Shown: positions 29,083-32,000 of the stretch, piece after piece | How the letters are laid out: each line of letters starts with the position of its first letter | How positions within the stretch are numbered: the stretch's first letter is position 1 | Assembly: GCF_000012285.1 (NCBI RefSeq) | Contig: NC_007181.1 | Coordinates: forward strand, 1,050,001 to 1,082,000 | Source: Sulfolobus acidocaldarius DSM 639 | Lineage (GTDB): Archaea > Thermoproteota > Thermoprotei_A > Sulfolobales > Sulfolobaceae | Reading direction: 5' to 3' | DNA length: 32,000 nt | Program-made: the position numbers and the translations under genes | The notes under the pieces: model-generated | The model's database searches: none | Told to the model about the DNA's origin: nothing | Seen by the model: the letters and a program-made list of their open reading frames with translations, nothing else

Positions 29083-29156
29083 TGGGCCCGGTGGGATTTG
29101 AACCCACGGCCTTCCGGTTATCAGCCGGACGCTCTACCAGGCTAAGCTACGGGCCC
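29083..29156 (-). tRNA. tRNA-Ile (anticodon GAU)
   Basis: The minus strand reads GGGCCCG TA GCTT AGCCTGGTA GAGC G TCCGG CTGATAA CCGGA AGGCC GTGGG TTCAAAT CCCAC CGGGCCC A. The cloverleaf was checked by hand. There is no intron and no encoded CCA. Confidence 0.9.
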
Positions 29157-29176
29157 ATTTATATCATAGAAACTTA

Positions 29177-29186
29177 GTTTTAAAAG
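29177..29186 (-). promoter_or_regulatory. TATA-like box upstream of tRNA-Ile
   Basis: The minus strand reads CTTTTAAAAC, centred about 26 nt upstream of the tRNA 5' end. Confidence 0.45.
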
Positions 29187-29249
29187 ACTTATGGTCATTC
29201 CGTAGACGTAAAAATAACTTCACCTGTTTGTGCAGATCTTTCAAATCAC

Positions 29250-29314
29250 AATATTTCAGCTTTTAGGTCAATATGTCTTCACAAATCAAGCCGCCCATCG
29301 CTCATCATAAATAT
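29250..29314 (-). ncRNA. candidate C/D-box sRNA (2'-O-methylation guide)
   Basis: The minus strand reads tATATTt ATGATGA GCGATGGGCGGC TTGA TTT GTGAAGA CATATTGACCTAAAAG CTGA AATATtg. This gives a perfect C box, a 12-nt GC-rich spacer, a degenerate D' (UUGA) and C' (GUGAAGA), a perfect D box, and a 5-bp terminal stem (ATATT/AATAT). The 16-nt second spacer is longer than the usual 12. Confidence 0.3.
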
Positions 29315-29373
29315 ACACGTAATTATTAATAGATCAAAATTAAATATCCTATCTACTTTTACTACTGGCTAAA

Positions 29374-29997
29374 TTATCTGTTACTTAGTTTTTCTACAGC
29401 TATAGATGGGTATCTATTTCTTACTTGATCTAAGAGATTTTGATTCTCACTCTTTATTTTGTTAATTCTCATCACGTATATAGCAATATCTAGACTGTCC
29501 CAAACTTCACTCTCGTCCGACGAAATGATGTAAACGCTTGACCCTAAATCTATAGGCTTACCCGGGGAAGTGACATAAACTGAGAAAGGTTCCTTTGACT
29601 GTTCAAAGGATATTTTATTGACGTCAATCAACTCTGCTCTAACTGGTGCTGAAAATATTTTTCTGAGATTCTCTTCCTGAAGTTTTAGATTTAACCCTTC
29701 AAGTTCATTAAGGCTAGAAAATTTCGTCTTAGTAAACTGTTTAATTAATTTATCTTCTACAGCTGTGGAAGTGGCTTTCTTACCTTCAACTATATTTGAG
29801 TATACTACTTTCATTGCTCCACAATCTGTGTGAGGTAAAAGCACAACTTCGTCAATGAGATTTTTGTACTTGATTAGAGTTGTTTTAAGAGAATTTACAT
29901 TAGCCCCAGCGTTCCTAATAACAATGGAGTCATTGAAATTTTCTGCTAAATATCTATTTAATCTTCTATCCATACAAGATATAACTAGTTTCATCAA
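29374..29997 (-). CDS. beta-carbonic-anhydrase-like protein
   Basis: 207 aa. The zinc-ligand pattern is SCMDRR (C-x-D-x-R) and HTDCG (H-x-x-C), plus VIRNAGAN. An extra C-terminal region of about 80 aa has unknown function. Confidence 0.7.
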   Translation of the reverse strand: MMKLVISCMDRRLNRYLAENFNDSIVIRNAGANVNSLKTTLIKYKNLIDEVVLLPHTDCGAMKVVYSNIVEGKKATSTAVEDKLIKQFTKTKFSSLNELEGLNLKLQEENLRKIFSAPVRAELIDVNKISFEQSKEPFSVYVTSPGKPIDLGSSVYIISSDESEVWDSLDIAIYVMRINKIKSENQNLLDQVRNRYPSIAVEKLSNR

Positions 29998-30321
29998 GAT
30001 AGTATTATTACTTAGATGTTATAAGTTTTTCCAAAATTATAATTTTAATTTTATTTAATTTTATTCATAAAATTCTGTTATCTTCTACAAAAATAGTGAT
30101 ATGTAATAGAATTCATTCAATTATAGATTGTAATTTCATAAACGATTAACTCTATCCTTCTATCTTACTTATTTGTATGTTTTTCTCAAAAATCTCTTTC
30201 TGCCAACTATCCCATATTTTTAAAAACACCTATATCGATGAGAAAACTTTACAAAGTACCTAAATTTCTTAGGCAGGAGACGTTAAACGGACATATCCAG
30301 AGAAAAAGTGATAAAATAAAG

Positions 30322-31312
30322 ATGATGCCTTTTTCTTTTTTATCTGTACTAGCTTATTCTCTTACCACATATGTATTAACATACCCAAGTTTTTTTTGTT
30401 AATGACCTAAGTAAGTACTTGCCCTATTGGGAGGTCTTTCTTATACTCTCTCTACCATACCTATCAAGAGTAGTTGGTGGGTTCATTTACACCCACGTTA
30501 AATCATTTTCAATACCCTTTATTATACTGGGAATACTGACAATTTTACAAGACGAAATAAACCTTCTCTTTATTGTAAGGTTTCTTATAGGGATAATATT
30601 TGGGCTCACAATAACCTACGCTCTAGATAAAGCCTCTAAATCAAACCTAATGACCGGAATAACAACAGCAGGAAGAAGTATAGGATGGCTACTATCCTAC
30701 ATATCATACTCCCTAATACACAATTGGAATGAGATAAACATATTAAGTGGAATAATAATCATAGCCGCTTCTCTACTCGGTATAAGAGAAATAGGTATTA
30801 AAAAATTTGAAAGAAAAAGTGAAAGAAAAGTACAAGAGGGAAAGAAGAGGAACTCAGTAAAATTTACCTCATTACTCCTCTACTTTTCAGCAATGACACC
30901 AGGGTTTCTACTACAAGTTATCCCTTCCATACTGGAAAAAGAAGGGTTAGTTAACCTCCTACTCCCATCATATATCCTTTCCATATTTACTTATATCCTA
31001 TTGCCTTTAGTAGGAGCTAATATTGGTTACAAATTAGCAACAGTGTTAGCCTCAACTACAACACTCATAACTGGAGTACTCACATTTACAATATTTCCTT
31101 ACGCAGTCCTGATGTTTGCCCCATTTTCTCTAAGCCTAACAGCAGTAGTACCACGGTATCTTATCAGTAAAGGCGAAAGGACTGAGAACCTTAGAATAGC
31201 ACAGAACATAGGCTCAACTAGTGGTATTATAATCCCAGTACTCTTTGCTATCAATCCAGAAACATCAGAGTACTTCTTATCAATATGCTCTTTAATATCA
31301 ATTCTCATATAG
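30322..31312 (+). pseudogene. MFS-like 12-TM transporter gene interrupted by a frameshift at a T8 run (alternatively a 297-aa product from TTG 30419)
   Basis: ATG 30322 opens a 26-codon ORF (MMPFSFLSVLAYSLTTYVLTYPSFFC*) that looks like TM1. The long ORF is open from 30380 in the +1 frame. Removing one T from T8 (30390-30397) fuses them into a 329-aa protein with 12 predicted TM segments and the TM4 motif VRFLIGIIFG. Confidence 0.5.
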
Positions 31313-31579
31313 AATAAACTCAATTAATCACTAAGAGGGAAATATAGTTTTATATCAGGTAATTTTTCTAATTTACAAACTTTTATATTCATCGCCGCTG
31401 GTGGTATACCTAGTGAGGAATAAGGTCTAAGTTAGTTATAACTTGTTATGTACAGAAGGAAACATAAATTACAGGGTATGATAACTATGTAGTTACTGTA
31501 AATAAAGACCATATTTAGAAATAGTGTAGGACTTAATTATACAAAAAACAATATCACTTGATAGAAAAAATAATTTATC

Positions 31580-32000
31580 TCAATCATTCGGTGTATACAA
31601 AGGAGTTAGTACTCCTCCTGAATTCTTTACAGGGGTAACGTAGAATTCAAGCTCTACTTCTGATTGGTTTAAAGGCTTAAAAACCACACACAGGAAAGTA
31701 GTCCTATAGAGTGGATCTAATACTGTGGCTGACCTTGCTGAACCATTATCTAGTAGAAAAGTTGAACCTCCACTTGAAAGTTCATTTATTGCAGGTTTGT
31801 AAACCTTTATTGTGATGTTAAGGTACTCATGTCCATTCATATAAAATACAGTCGCATTGATCAGCGATATATTAAGTAACGGATTATTTAAAAATGAACT
31901 TGGAACCACACTACTGGGATTTATTGGCGAGTAAAGTAAGAACCAGTCCTTACTTACTTCAATCTTTGATATATTTAATATTACGAAAGCTGTAACTATG
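31580..32000 (-). CDS. partial CDS (3' part), predicted secreted/glycosylated protein
   Basis: The ORF track starts at GTG 31909, but the frame stays open to the window edge (...IVTAFVILNISKIEVSKDWFLLYSPINPSSV-VPSSFL...). It has several N-x-S/T sequons (NIS, NAT, NIT, NGS, NQS). The 5' end lies outside the window. Confidence 0.5.
   Translation of the reverse strand, partial: IVTAFVILNISKIEVSKDWFLLYSPINPSSVVPSSFLNNPLLNISLINATVFYMNGHEYLNITIKVYKPAINELSSGGSTFLLDNGSARSATVLDPLYRTTFLCVVFKPLNQSEVELEFYVTPVKNSGGVLTPLYTPND

Noticed and set aside
21070-29156. Possibility that the two tRNA genes mark integration sites of a mobile element. I looked for att-type partial tRNA duplications and integrase genes.
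   Set aside because: The only GGGATTTGAACCC-type T-arm sequences are the two intact tRNAs. There is no integrase or viral/plasmid gene, and the intervening genes are housekeeping (thrS, ogt, sucCD, a glycosylation GT).
31385-31420. GC-richer patch (CATCGCCGCTGGTGGTATACCTAGTGAGG, including the palindrome GGTATACC) in the spacer after the MFS-like gene. I examined it on both strands for C/D-box or tRNA-like features.
   Set aside because: Only degenerate box-like heptamers occur, with the wrong spacing (about 41 nt from C-like to D). I could build no cloverleaf or convincing helix.

Overview
This is an AT-rich, very gene-dense archaeal chromosomal window. Sulfolobales is indicated by TATA-like boxes about 26 nt upstream of many start codons (leaderless-style), a catalytic-only ThrRS and eukaryote-type phosphomevalonate kinase and diphosphomevalonate decarboxylase. 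A TRIC channel, an Lrs14-like regulator, a divergent GT4/GH15 trehalose pair and an Agl24-like glycosyltransferase point the same way. The gene order fits what I remember of Sulfolobus acidocaldarius around Saci_1233 to Saci_127x; this is from memory and not verifiable here. I call about 38 protein genes, 2 tRNAs (Thr-GGU, Ile-GAU), one vapBC pair and one weak C/D-box sRNA candidate. I found no CRISPR array, transposase/IS, integrase, partial tRNA duplication or recognisable defence island. Content is mostly housekeeping: isoprenoid, nucleotide salvage, trehalose, TCA, N-glycosylation and DNA repair. I do not see convincing evidence for a wholly new multi-gene system. The observations most worth a second look are listed here. 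(1) sucD has no canonical start codon upstream of its conserved CoA-binding N-terminus and sits one frame off an ATG at 27209. (2) A 12-TM MFS-like gene is split by a frameshift at a T8 run. (3) There is a candidate C/D-box sRNA with a GC-rich guide at about 29250-29314. (4) An HhH-GPD/[4Fe-4S] protein appears to lack the canonical catalytic Lys and Asp. (5) A tight macro-domain, MBL-hydrolase and orphan-gene array is uncharacterised. (6) Two ORF-free stretches of 0.8-0.9 kb flank the vapBC cassette. All functional calls come from reading motifs by eye; no searches were run.
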